Origin: Marsupella aquatica | Taxonomy: Eukaryota; Plantae; Marchantiophyta | DNA: 64,000 nucleotides | Assembly: GCA_973895155.1 (NCBI GenBank) | Contig: OZ316891.1 | Location: 13,113,037 to 13,177,036 of the forward strand | Direction: 5' to 3' | Shown: piece by piece, positions 14,000-26,770 of the stretch | Numbering within the stretch: position 1 is the first letter of the stretch | How the letters are laid out: each line of letters starts with the position of its first letter | Program-made: the position numbers and the translations under genes | The notes under the pieces: generated by a model | Told to the model about the DNA's origin: nothing | The model's input: only the letters and a program-made list of their open reading frames with translations | The model's database searches: none

Positions 14000-14560
14000 G
14001 GATATTGTCAGATATTGATGGAACATGTGTATGCACAAGTGTGTTACTAGTTAGTATTGTCAGATATTGATGAAACATGTGTATTCACAAGTGTGTTACC
14101 ATATCCACCAAAATATCTTTAACAATCTCAAATTTACAAAACTATGTATCCAATGTTTGGGCAAGCCAGGGATGTCCCTTGCTTCTCACAGGGACTTGCT
14201 CATGCCTACACTCTTAGGTACTATCAATAAGGTGCACATTGTTCTTCATAACAGCAATGACTTGGTGCCCACGTTGGACAGATGTGGTAGCCTTTATAAC
14301 TATGTCCAATGCACTAGGTGTCTCTTGTTTCTCACAACAGCTATGACTCTGTGTTGCCTTGCAACATATATCATAGTCTATATTCTTATGTACTTTACAC
14401 TAAGGTGCACGTTGTTTTCCATAACTGCCATGACTCAGTATTACCTTGTAGCAGGTCTGGTAGCATGTATGGTCATGTGGTATCGAGTGTGGTATGCACT
14501 AAGGTGTGTCTTGTTTCTCACAACAGCCATGTTGTTTGTTGACTTGCAACAGATCTACTT
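14000..14560. repeat. Degenerate tandem repeats
   Basis: TATTGTCAGATATTGATG.AACATGTGTAT.CACAAGTGTGTTAC twice, then several diverged units around CACTAAGGTG..CTTGTTTCTCACAACAGC.ATGACT. Confidence 0.7.
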
Positions 14561-15007
14561 CTATACTATGGAATGTTGCCAAAAAGTTCTCTAGTCTGCT
14601 TAAAAATTTGGAAATGGAAGGAACAAACCTCGCCGTCAGATTCTTTTGAAGACTTTTTTGCACTCTTAGATTGATTCACCAGGAGTGTTTATTTATGATA
14701 TACTTATTTCTAAAGTAAAAAGAGTATATGATATAATTCTTATATGACCATCGCCTAAAATGGAGGTATGTGCTTAATCAACCCCCATCTGCCTCTTTTT
14801 GCCCCAATCAACCCCCAAAGTCTATTTCTTACCCAATTGACCCCCTTTTGCACTTGTGTACATAAAGTACATGTATTTCGTGTATTCTCTATTATTGGGA
14901 CCGTGAACCTAGTTCATGACATCATCGTGTACTGCGACTATAGTCTACCCAAACTGTGAGCGCAATCAACTTGACCGTCATCGTCACCACATGGTTTACG
15001 GCCGGCA

Positions 15008-15727
15008 GAGACTCCGACAACCAAGGATTTCAAAAAAAATGTTTGAATGCAAGACTAGTAATGTCTTCGTATGTTTATTGATAGCTAACGCGTCCTCATA
15101 GAATGTGCACCAAGCGTTCATTGTCTCATGTTCTGTCAGGACAATTTCTGTTGGTCACTATTCTTGGCCATCAGGTAAAATCCATTCAGCCTATGCACAT
15201 CACTTGAAAGCCAATGTGAAGACTCAATATGACAATTCAGCTGCTGACATCATTACTGGTTGTATTTATGCTAATGACGAGAGCCAGTAAGAATCTAAGT
15301 GTTGCTTGTCAAACAACATTTCTGCTTTGGATTTCTGAGTAGAGTCTTCTCAATGGATATGGATGACTGTTGTGGCTGATAATTATCCTTGTGTGCTTCC
15401 ACTTTGTAAGGTATGAAGCTTGTTTGAGGTACTTGAAAGAGTCTGTGAAAGCATATGTTAATTTGACCAATGCAGTGGATTACATTAGGTCAATAGATTT
15501 AAAACAGTATGCACGACATGCCTTCTGCCTTTGTCGGATGGCAAAGGTTACAAATAAACCTTTTGAGTTTGTCTGAGATTGACAGAAATTGTCCCGATAG
15601 AACGTGCAACAATGAACGTCAGCCTGAAGCACTTTCTATGAGGACTAGTTAGCCAGCAATAAACAGATGAAGACATTACTAGTCTTGCATTCAAACGTGT
15701 TTTGAAATCCTTGGTCTTCGCAGTCTC
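15008..15727 (+). mobile_element. MULE (Mutator-like) deletion derivative with long inverted repeats and a transposase remnant
   Basis: ~145-bp imperfect inverted repeats at 15008-15152 and ~15581-15727 (GAGACT..ACCAAGGATTTCAAAA..TTTGAATGCAAGACTAGTAATGTCTTC). Internal peptide HSAYAHHLKAN..ANDESQ/YEACL..AVDYIRSIDLKQYARHAF..R..KVTN..E resembles the CxxH to W-A-R..F..R..T-S/N-N..E region of MULE transposases. No TSD found. Confidence 0.75.
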
Positions 15728-17207
15728 AAACGAGCTTGTTTGATTTCAAGTTTTGTTATCCATCTAAATCTCTAATATTCATTTTGATTCTTTCCCAAAG
15801 AATGCTCCTTTAATGAAAGTCAATATGATCAAGCTCCCAACAGTTTTTCTCCACAAGACCCAGCTTGCTTGACATGCCCTTTCATCTCTATTAGTCCTGC
15901 TTTTGCCCTAGTTGTTTCCCCAATTGGGAGCTCTTTGCCCCCATTTGCATCTTTTGCCCACACTTTTGTTCCATCTTTGTATCATCAACAATAAAGATTT
16001 ATTGTCTGACTCTTGCTCATGTACTCTCACTACCCATTTGAGCCCCATCCCATATTTCTGTGTTGACTTGAATTACATTATTTGATTGCATAATCACATG
16101 TGCAATTTTGAACAAGATCTGCGCATTGACAACACCTTTCACATGAAATGGGCAAGAAACCCAGCCTTTCAGTTTGATCCACTTAAAACACCCCAGCCCT
16201 TAATCAACACTTCTTTATTTTACCTCAATGTTTCTATGCAATGCTTTGGCATTGGGCTTGGCTGTTATGCGGCCGCAATAATGGCATAACTGCAACACCC
16301 TCATGACCAAAATTGACTGCATTGCCATAATGACAACATGGTCGCAATAACATCTTAGATGTCTAGCGAGCTTTCTTGCCTCACTCACATTTCTTTGCAC
16401 TGTCTACATTTCTTTGGCTCACTTGCATTTTTTCTGTGCATATTTTTGCCTTGCCTCAACATCTTTGCCGCACCCCAACACCTAAACTCACCTCAACATA
16501 TTTGCCTCAACACCTTTCTTCGCCTGAAAATCTTTTCTTGCCTGAGCATCTTTTCTTACCTCAAACATCTTTTCCTGCATCTTTTTCTTTCCTCGACATC
16601 TTTTTCTCTCCTTCACATCTTTTTACTCACCTCTACATTTTCTCAGTTGTGTTGGCAAATCGATCAATGGTTTTTTATATTGCAAATCCATCAGACCTGC
16701 TCAGAATGCCGACTTCTTCACTGCTTCAATTTCTTTTTTATTATAAGAGGGCATGCTCCTTATTTTTTAACTGACCCCGTGAGGAAGCTCTTGTAAAATT
16801 CTTGGCGCATGGTTGCACCACATCAGCACTATCCACCACAAACACAACCGATGATGTTTGCAATGTCAAACAAACACGACCATTTTTGTTTGTCACAACA
16901 CCAGAAAAAACACTTAGACCCAGTCTGGTATAAACTTAAGAAATAATGAAAATTAACATGCCAAATACCAAAGAGTGGAGGCAAAAGAGTAATCATTGAT
17001 AACATTTTTATTTACTTTTTGAATAATTACAATGAAGAATTTATGTACATTTAATCAATTTACTTATTGAACAATGCTGACTAAGTGTAGTAGTTTGAAA
17101 TGATTGATCAAAGCATACAATAGATCATTTGCTAGCAAAGTGGATCCTATGGTAGAAGAAAAGTGCAAATTGTCACAAGAAAATTTGCATGTGGTTGCAT
17201 ATATTTA

Positions 17208-17410
17208 TTACGGACCCCATGAGAGGTCCCTTCCGAAATTCCTGGCACCACAATGTGCCACGTCAACAACAACCACAACAAACAAGACTCATCAGTTTTG
17301 TGAATTAAACTTGTAATTTCCATTCGTGTTTGTGTCAATTTGGGTGTAAATTTTGGGACGCCATGCCGTAAAAAGAAAAGTAAAAAATTAGAAATGCAAA
17401 GAGCAAGACG
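17208..17410 (-). mobile_element. Diverged, reverse-oriented terminal fragment of the 1.45-kb family (a more decayed fragment lies at ~16771-16990)
   Basis: TTACGGACCCCATGAGAGGTCCCTT...GGGACGCCATGCCGTAA is the reverse complement of the family's terminal module (724-887, 45788-45951, 60911-61073). Confidence 0.75.
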
Positions 17411-17970
17411 ATTAAAACTGTCACTATGTAACCATTTTAGTTACTTATCCAATTTTAAAACTTAAATTCAAAGATTTGAAAAATATTTTTTCTATAATAA
17501 TAATGACTAATAACTAACTTGATAACTTCCTTGTTAAAGGGTAATTGGCACCTGGAGTAAGATTTTTGGCCCTTTGCAATTAAGGTAAACGGCTAGCCAT
17601 GGTCCAAACTTGAAGTCAACAAGCTTATACAATTCATTTGATCAGACATTCATCTAATTTCAAATGGACTTGTCACGGAGTGAATTCTGACTCTCGTAGC
17701 TTAAGAATTTGGTAGCATGTAGTGAAAAGGTCTGATTTTGACAACTACAAGTTGTGATATCATGCTGTGATATCGATAACCATGCTGTCAATTAGCCAAG
17801 GCGTCCACGAACTAATTAATCTCTTAGGTTTATGCATGAGATCAAATGTTGATTGTTAACGGTGATGGTGTGCACTATAGACACACGATACGTTAAGTTA
17901 GCTAGTTGTTATTTTGGGATTTACATGATGTATTTTTTGTGCACATTCCTATGGTGGAAGAAAAGTACAT

Positions 17971-18115
17971 AATTTCTAAAAAAAATCAAAGAGTGTTGTT
18001 CCTATTTCCAATGGAGGAATTAGTTCTTCTCACAAGCATAGAAAAAGGGGTACATCCACAAACTAATTCCTCCATTGGAGTTAGGAACAACACGCTTTGA
18101 TTTCTTTTAGAAATT
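17971..18115. repeat. Fold-back: ~55-bp inverted arms with a ~35-nt spacer (MITE-like)
   Basis: AATTTCTAAAAAAAATCAAAGAGTGTTGTTCCTATTTCCAATGGAGGAATTAGTT pairs with AACTAATTCCTCCATTGGAGTTAGGAACAACACGCTTTGATTTCTTTTAGAAATT with few mismatches. Confidence 0.9.
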
Positions 18116-18224
18116 GAGTTTTCACAAGCTCCAAGCCGCACTTATGTTTGAATTGAATTCTTCATTTACCTGTTTCAATTGGTAGTGAGACAATTTTGCT
18201 GAACATCATAATTGTTAGATCTAC

Positions 18225-18296
18225 AAGTCTTGTCTTTGGGAAGGGTTGAACCCTGGACCTCCTCTTCCTGCACGAAAGTTCCAACCATTGGGCTAG
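18225..18296 (-). mobile_element. tRNA-derived SINE head or decayed tRNA-like sequence
   Basis: Minus strand reads TAGCCCAATGG (Pol III A box) ... GGTTCAACCC (B box) with tRNA-like spacing; no complete cloverleaf could be built. Confidence 0.55.
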
Positions 18297-21200
18297 ACTT
18301 AAATGTCTACATATAGATACACAAATTTTCATTACAACCTATTGTTATTACTTCCGCCTTTAATTTGATTCCAATTAAGAGTCCACACATGAAGCTCTCT
18401 AGTAATTACATGTATAGAAAATCAAAATTAGTTGATTATTAGTACTTACGTTACAAGACATTATGTTCCAGTGTATATTCCAGCTATATTGGCACAAGAT
18501 TATGTGGAATTATTCAGAGTGTACTTTATTTGGCCCTTTTCTGAAATAAAATGTGATCATCTTAGAAAACTTTAAAATGATGAGTTCTCTAATAAGGTTT
18601 GGATACAACCAAAGAGATTGGTGGTCATTGTTACATTGCACTAAACTATTATCACAGCACCATTGATCAAATAGCAAGAAACAATTAATGTTATCCCTAT
18701 CCAACATCTCGGCTGGGATTGTCTTGGAGCCCTAAGAACCCAGGAGATGGTCACCCCCATGGAATACAACCCTAGTACATACCAGGGCCACGACCAGAGA
18801 CCTCTTTGTACAGGATAATGACGGTTCTTGCACAGGGTTTCTAGGGTGTAATCTTTTGACTAGAAAGTAAAGCTTTTCTGAGCATTCAGGAGGATCGTTC
18901 AGACTAGAACCCCAACCCACAAAACATAAATTCAGTACAAACGAAAGCTAACAATCATGACATTAGGGGCAGTAGATTATGGAAATAATAGGGACCTCGA
19001 GAAATTGTTAGACACCTGCAACGTTCCCATACCAAATTTACACTCACACAAAAGATTGACTGAAGGGGGAGAGAAGTACTTTACAAAGTGTTGGTCCCAC
19101 TTCTATTTTAACATGCCAGTTTTCTAGTAGACAACTGAGTGTTAGCTTCTAAACTATTGTGAATCCCTTTCAAAACTATTGTGAATCCCTTTCAAAAAAT
19201 GGCGGACCTCTCATGTTTGTCTCATAATCACTAGGTTAATTACTCAAAACCATAAACTTAGGAAACAGAACTATGAGTTCTAACTCATAGTTAAGTGGGG
19301 AGGGGATGAAATGTTTGTTTCTCACAGCACTTGGATTCCATCATATTCTCTTACTCTCTTAGGGTCTAGGTATCTATATCTATAATGTACGAAGATTCAA
19401 TTTAATATAACATGAATATAAATATAAAACAACTAATTCTAGCAAAGGATGGACATGATTGAAAAATAAATATAGACCTAGAGGGGGTCTCAAACAAGAA
19501 AATTTAATAATTCCACCACGCTGCATTTTGTCAGTAAAAGCTTTTTAGTCACGGCACTCCCTGTGGGGTCGAGGGTGGGGGATATACTCTCATGAAACCC
19601 ACCCCGTCACCCCGAATTAGTTACGTGACTGTCGTAGGATAACCTCGGAGCAACTACAGTGCGTACTACAGTAGCGGAGGCTACTGTAATCATAGAACCG
19701 CAATCAATCATCATAAGGAAGAGAGCAGACGGCCAGACGGGGGAGACTGGACAGGGCTACCGTCGGAGCATCAAGGTTCTTTTTCACTCGGGAACGATGA
19801 CGTTGCGGCTATGGCGGTCCCGGACTCCCGGTGGTCTGATGCTTGGACTTGGCAACCAAGGTAGCGGCGGGGCCCATCCCGCGCTTCGGACGACGACGAC
19901 GACGGAGAGGGAGGTCGATCGTTCGTTCATCAGGTTCCGTTCCAAACAATGGGCGATGGAAAGGCATGGCGTGCCAAACAGAAGAAGAATAGAAGAGAAG
20001 GAGAAGAAGCAGACACACAGGAGTACAGGACGGTCAGTCAGTCAGTCGAGCCTCATCGTTCTCACTGTCCTGCGAGCTTCGTGTTCTAGTTCTTCAACGG
20101 ATGTGAATTGTTGAGAAAGAAGACTGGGCGAGGCGATGGAGGAGGAGGAGTAGATTTAATTTTCAACGCCGCGTGATGGCGAGTGGGTAGTTTCCGAGGG
20201 GGAGGACGAGCAAGACGCGACGGACGGACGGACGGACGGCCAGACCAGACGTCCATTGAGACTTTGAGAGAAAAGGGGAGACGACCGGGTGCGCCGGAAA
20301 AGCCTGTCCTGCGCTTGAAGCGGGGAGCGAGTGAGCGAAGAGCGTAGAACGAGGAAAGAGGGGGGACGGTCCAGCAAATAGACAGACGGAGACAGTGGGC
20401 ACTGGAGGTTCGGAGGTTTGAACGACAAAACTGGTGGGCTCTTTCTAGAGATTATCGGTCCGCCGAAGAGACCTCGTGCAGATCTCAGAGGGAGAGGGGT
20501 GGAATGAGTGTTACGTAATATTTTGCAACGACTCTCCGGGTGGGACGGTGGTTCTCGAAGAGGCTGCGGGAGGAGGCGGAGGAGGTTCTTCTGGAGATCC
20601 GACGACTAGGTTAGAGATGTTCGAAACCCGCGTTGTCTTCACGAAGGCAATGACTGGATCGGGAGATTATCGGTGAAAACGCGGGGAGACGTAGAGATTT
20701 TCCTCTTACGAGCGTAGCAGGGCTCGGCAATAGTAGATGGTCACACTAGAAGGATTTTCGGGTGTGGAATAGGGATTGATTCAGGGATTGCTCTGCCGTG
20801 TAGTCGGGTCTGGGCTTCACCTCGGTTGTTCCAGTGACCTGCTGTGTAGATCAGTAGTTTTCAAGTTCGATCTGGTCGTTTTTAGTGAACCCTTGAGACA
20901 AAGAGGAATCCGCTTCCCGTCAGAGGGGATCTGTCCGGGGAGCAATCTGTGAGCTCGAAGAAGATGATCTACCGTGTAGACACGTCTCGGACCGATGGAA
21001 GATTTTTGACGGTGAGGGATTCGTTGAGGAGGATATGTTTCAGCGATGGTGTGGATTGCGCTGGGAAGATGGGTGAACATTTCGCCGGGAACGAAAGCTT
21101 CTGCTGTAGTTTGTTGCTCCTCTTTCTTGGAGACTGAGGAGTGCACGGATTTGTCTCCAGTTGAGGCAGATTGCAGATATTTCACTTCGAGGTGAAAAAG

Positions 21201-21558
21201 AACGGAAGGGTGGAATCGAACCTTAAAGTGCTGTTCGCCTTTAGCATCATCTATCATTGTTCATCGTTTTCTTAGAGAATCTAGGAGGTGGTCGGGCTCA
21301 TCACTAGTCCATGCGACATTGTATAGCAGGAAGGATCCTTGTCAGGATTATGCTACACTGACTACAGATTGTTTCCTTATCTCAACATCTTTTGCCCTGG
21401 CTGTGAGGATCCTTCCTCCTTTTGCTAGTCAGGTAGAAAGAGGCGAGCGTTGATCTCGAAGTGGTGCGGTTCTGATTCTTTAGAAGGATTCACAGCAATC
21501 AGGTGGCGGGGTAGAATTGACGCTGCTGCTATTGAAGTGTGTTTTAAACGGGTGAGAA

Positions 21559-24500
21559 ATGGCGACCCGAGGACGAAGAAAAATGAGGTTCAGCAAGCTG
21601 TACTCGTACACTACAGGTGGTGCGCGACCTCCACGTTCCGGTCCAGAAGTTCCTATTGGAGGACCTGGTTTCTCACGAATAGTATTCGCAAATGAGTCCC
21701 ACATGCACATGAGGAAGCCCCACAAGTATAAAAGTAACTACGTTTCCACCACCAAGTACAATATTGTCACGTTTCTGCCAAAAGCATTGTTCGAGCAGTT
21801 CCGGAGGGTGGCCAATCTTTATTTTCTTCTCGCTGCAGCCATATCTCTTACATCGGTCGCTCCATTTTCACCCATTAGTGTGATCGCTCCTCTGGTTTTT
21901 GTTGTTGGTGTGAGTATAACCAAGGAGGCTGTCGAGGACTCTCGGCGCTTTGCACAGGTTCGTTTTTTGCGCGAAACGATCCAGCAGTCTGGTTGTCGCG
22001 TACAATATTTGAGTCTCAACCGTTCCTTCCGTCTATTCTGTGGTGCGTTTTTGTATCAGTTCTTGTTGCTAGACTTGTAGTGGATCAGGAGTCGTTGTCA
22101 TGATGGACATACCTTCTCCAGAGGCTCACGTGATAACATTGTGTTGCAGGACCAGGAGATAAACAATAGGAAGGTTAAAATTCATGTCAGCGATGGGAAA
22201 TTCGAGGAGAGGCCATGGAAGAAGTTGAGAGTAGGAGATGTCGTCAAGGTCGAGAAGGACAGTTTTTTCCCTGCAGATCTTTTGATGCTTTCATCTGCCT
22301 ATCCTGATGGCATCTGTTACGTCGAGACCATGAATCTGGACGGAGAGACTAATCTTAAATTGAAAAAGACGTTGGAACGGACCATTGACCTAGACGAAGA
22401 TGGTGAGTTTGCCAGATTTCGCGCTACGATGAATTGCGAGGATCCCAATCCTAGTTTGTACACCTTTGTTGGAAACCTCACCATTGATGGAGAGACCTTG
22501 TCGGTTGGACCGCAACAGCTGTTGTTGAGAGACTCTAAGCTTCGAAATACTTCCTACGTGTATGGAGTGGTTGTTTTCAGCGGGCATGACACGAAGGTGA
22601 TGCAGAATGCTACAGCCGTGCCGTCAAAGAGAAGTCGCATCGAGAGAAGGATGGACAAAATTATCTATTTCCTGTTTGGGGTATTAGTGTTGATCTCGGT
22701 TATCGGCGCAGTTGTCTTTGGAGTTAAGACGCACAACGATATGCCAGACTGGTGGTATTTGCGGCCACTCGATACTACCAGCTCCTATAATCCGAGGCAC
22801 GCAATTATCTCTTCGTTGCTGCAGCTAATTACGGCTTTAATTCTGTATGGGTACCTCATTCCCATCTCTTTGTATGTGTCCATTGAACTTGTGAAGGTCC
22901 TTCAGGCTATGTTCATAAATCAAGACAGAGAAATGTATTACGCCGAGAATGACACTCCTGCGCGGGCGCGCACCTCCAATCTAAATGAGGAGCTTGGGCA
23001 AGTCGATACGATACTTTCGGACAAAACCGGGACACTGACTTGCAACCAAATGGAGTTCCTGAAGTGCTCAATTGCGGGTGTATCTTATGGACGTGGAGTT
23101 ACTGAGGTCGAGAGAGCCACAGCCAAGAGGCTGGGGAAAGATCCTAAGGAGCTGGAGGAGGCAGATGATTCTTCCTCGGAGGATGGTGATGGTAAGCATG
23201 GCACTGAGATGTCGCCATCCCCTCACATCAAGGGCTATAACTTCAAGGACGATCGTATATCACACAATAACTGGCCCAAAGAAGCCAATGCAGAAGTTAT
23301 CCAGCAATTCCTTCGTATTCTCGCAGTGTGCCATACTGCTATTCCAGACGAGGATGAGCATGGTACAGTGACATACGAGGCGGAGTCACCCGATGAAGCA
23401 TCGTTTGTTATAGCTGCACGAGAATTTGGGTTTGAGTTTTTCAAGCGCACTCAAAATTCCATCCTGGTTCGCGAGTATGACCCATCTTCGCAACGGAAAG
23501 TGGATCGGTAAGCTGCCTTTATCAATTCGAACATTGCGTGTCGTTTCTAAGGCTGGTGCGGGTTGTTTTGGGATGGTTTGAACTGTCTTCTCTCTGTCAG
23601 TGGAGTCACTGTGGTGATTTTAGTGTAGTTTAAGCTCATATTTGTGTCCCATCCTCTGGTCTGCCTAATATCAGAATTTGATGCGACTCACGATCCTAAT
23701 TCATCTCGTGGGGTTCAGGGAGTACAAAATTTTAAACCTGTTGGAGTTCAACAGTACAAGGAAGCGCATGTCTGTGGTGGTAAAGGACGAAACGGGTCAA
23801 ATATCTATCATGTGCAAGGGCGCTGACAGGTTGGTTCAACATTGACCTTCGCAAATTTCTACAGTAACTTTCTCAATCAGATTACCATTGTGTGGCGGCC
23901 CTCCTTGGTTTTTTCCAGTATTAGTGGGAGGCCTATGCTTTTGCCTTGAATAGCCGACTTCGGGGAGGTTTCCGTGGAAGTTTCTGTAGACTTGCGAAGA
24001 ATACGCTAATCGGTAGTTAATGCTGTTTGGTTGTGATTTGCAGCGTGATACTTGAGAGATTGGCGAAAACAGGGAAAACGCACGCTGACTCAACTAAGGT
24101 CCATCTTGCGAAGTATGGGGATGCCGGTTTACGTACTTTGGCTCTGTCATATCGCAACATTGACGAGGCAGAGTACACGCAGTGGAATTCTGTTTTTGTG
24201 AAGGCCAAAACAACAATTGGTGGTGACAGAGATGCCTTGTTAGATGCAGCATCGGAACTGATTGAAAAGGACCTGATTTTGGTTGGGGCCACTGCTGTGG
24301 AGGACAAATTGCAAGAAGGGGTACGTCATTCCTCGTTTCAATTGAGGTTTAGTACGGTAGCTTTGTGCGGCCTTTCAGTCAAAAGCTCAGTCATCGAGGA
24401 TTCTATCTCATATATGGTCATGTATATTTCCAGGTACCGGAGTGTATCGATAGGCTGGCACTGGCAGGGTTGAAAATATGGGTCCTGACAGGCGATAAGC

Positions 24501-26770
24501 AGGAAACTGCCATCAATATCGGGTATGTCTTCCTTGTTGCAAGACGCATTGAGAGATCCGAAAATCAGAAGAAAATGTTTTTCTACTACTCTGCTCGCTC
24601 TTGGTGTTTTCTGGTTTTCTTTGCCTACAATCTATACTCGGAGGAAATGAAGCATATCATAGTAGGCTTTGGTGTTCGCTTATGCGATTTCTGATTGCAT
24701 CGTTTTCTTTCTTTCAGGTTTGCCTGCAGCCTTCTCCGTGAAGGAATGAGACAAATCATAGTAAGCCTGGACACTCCAGAAGTCAGAGCTGCGGAGGAAT
24801 TTGGAGACAAAGAAAGCATAGCCAAAGTACGCTGTCGTCACTCATGCATGCTGTTGTACCCTGTGAAAGCCTTTCAGCTCCATTTAATGAAACATCATCT
24901 GGTTGGAAATGCTGACCTCCGTGGACGATCTGGCGTGCTTGGTTCTTCGTTCACAGGTGTCCCGGGAAAGTATTTCGCAGCAGCTCATGATTGGGCAACA
25001 GCAAGTTGACTTGGAAAGGAGCACTGATGACGTTGTGTTTGCGTTAATCATTGATGGCAAAGCTCTGATATACGGGCTAGATGATGGACTTAAAGCGAGA
25101 TTACTTCAGTTGGCCATGACTTGCTCATCAGTAATATGTTGCCGTGTTTCTCCCAAACAGAAAGCCTTGGTGAGTAGGTTTTACGCGGTGTTATTTGTAT
25201 GCCCATCCAGCGGCACATTGTTTGAATGTGCAATTTTCGGAATGCATATTACGTTAGCCAGTACTCTCTGGAGTGCATATTATTCATAGTTCATAAAGTG
25301 AGTTGAGTAGACTTATGCCTTACGACTATGGCTGATGTACTTCGCTTTCTTGCTGCACAGATTACGAGACTTGTCAAGGAAGGTACTGGCAAGACCACTT
25401 TGGGAATAGGTGATGGTGCAAATGATGTTGGTATGATCCAGGAAGCTGACATTGGTATTGGTATCAGCGGGGTTGAAGGAATGCAGGCTGTAATGGCAAG
25501 TGATTTTGCAATTGCACAGTTCCGCTATTTGGAAAGATTACTTATAGTGCATGGGCACTGGTGTTACAAGCGTATTTCCCTCATGGTGAGTTTTAAGTTC
25601 GGTACCTGCCATCTGGAAAATGGTCAAATTTTGAAAGTAACTTAAGAAGTCTTAACCCGTTGTGAAGTACTTTGATTTTCTGGTTAAAGCTTCCTTTCCA
25701 CTAAATGCGGTTTTGTTCTTGTGTGCAGATCTGCTATTTTTTCTACAAAAACATTACTTTTGGTCTCACTCTTTTTTATTTCCAATCGTACTCGAATTTC
25801 TCTGGGCAGACAGTATACAATGACTGGTACCTGTCCCTCTTCAATGTGTTCTTCACATCCTTACCTGTCATTGCCCTGGGAGTGTTTGAGCAGGATGTGT
25901 CACCACGAATTTTAATGCAGGTAAGCTCCGAGCAAAGCCCTCTTTCAGTTCTCCCAAAAATTAGCAATGTAAATACAGCCTCGTTAGGTAGGTAATTCTG
26001 AGGCATTTACACGTACCTAACTTATATCATGATCTTTCTGCCTGCAGTTTCCAGCTTTATATCAGCAAGGACCTCAGAATTTGATGTTTGCATGGTCCCG
26101 CATATTTGGGTGGATGATCAATGGGCTGTACAGCTCGGTGATTGCGTTCATTTTCAGTAGGCTGGCCATTGCCAAGGGTGCATTCCGGCATGATGGCCGG
26201 CTGCCAGAGCTGGAGGCCATGGGTGCAATAATGTACACCTGCATTGTGTGGGCAGTGAACGTTCAGCTAGTCCTCGCCATCAGTTATTTCACTTGGGTGC
26301 AGCACGTTGCTATCTGGGGCAGTATTCTGCTTTGGTATATATTTCTTCTTATCTACGGGGCATTCAGCTACTCAATATCCACAACTGCGCACAAGGTGTT
26401 GACCGAAGTTATAGCACCGGCGCCTATGTTTTGGTTGCTCACTATTCTCTCTGTAGTGGGATGCGTCCTTCCTTACTTTATCTTTACTTCATACAGAAGG
26501 AATTTCTACCCTCAGGACCACCATGTAATCCAAGAGATTCGGCATCAGCAGAAGCACATCACCGATCCTGCCATGTGGAGGCGGGAGCGCAAGAAAGGTG
26601 TCCAACGGACGACAATCGGAATGACTGCCCACGTAGAGCACAGAGTGAGCAGCATGCAACCGGAAGGCCGGTTTGGGCATCACCCATATGATGAGCAAGA
26701 AAATAGTAGTAACATTTTTACGCCAGACTATAATAATAGTAGCAGAGATTATATACTTCATAATGTGTAA
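21559..26770 (+). CDS. ALA: P4-type ATPase, phospholipid flippase (ALA family, ALA4-12-like), ~1231 aa, 10 exons
   Basis: Exons 21559-21957, 22150-23507, 23719-23829, 24044-24320, 24434-24522, 24718-24826, 24957-25169, 25361-25585, 25729-25920, 26048-26770 join in frame (3696 nt), all GT-AG. Motifs: [34 protein letters not shown] (phospho-Asp), [33 protein letters not shown]. Confidence 0.97.

Noticed and set aside
14067-14594. 175-aa ORF in the ORF track
   Set aside because: It lies over degenerate tandem repeats and has no recognisable domain.
16359-16796. Overlapping 145-aa and 132-aa Leu/Phe/Ser-rich ORFs
   Set aside because: Low-complexity pyrimidine-rich repeats (CATCTTTT..CCT) that lack stop codons by composition.
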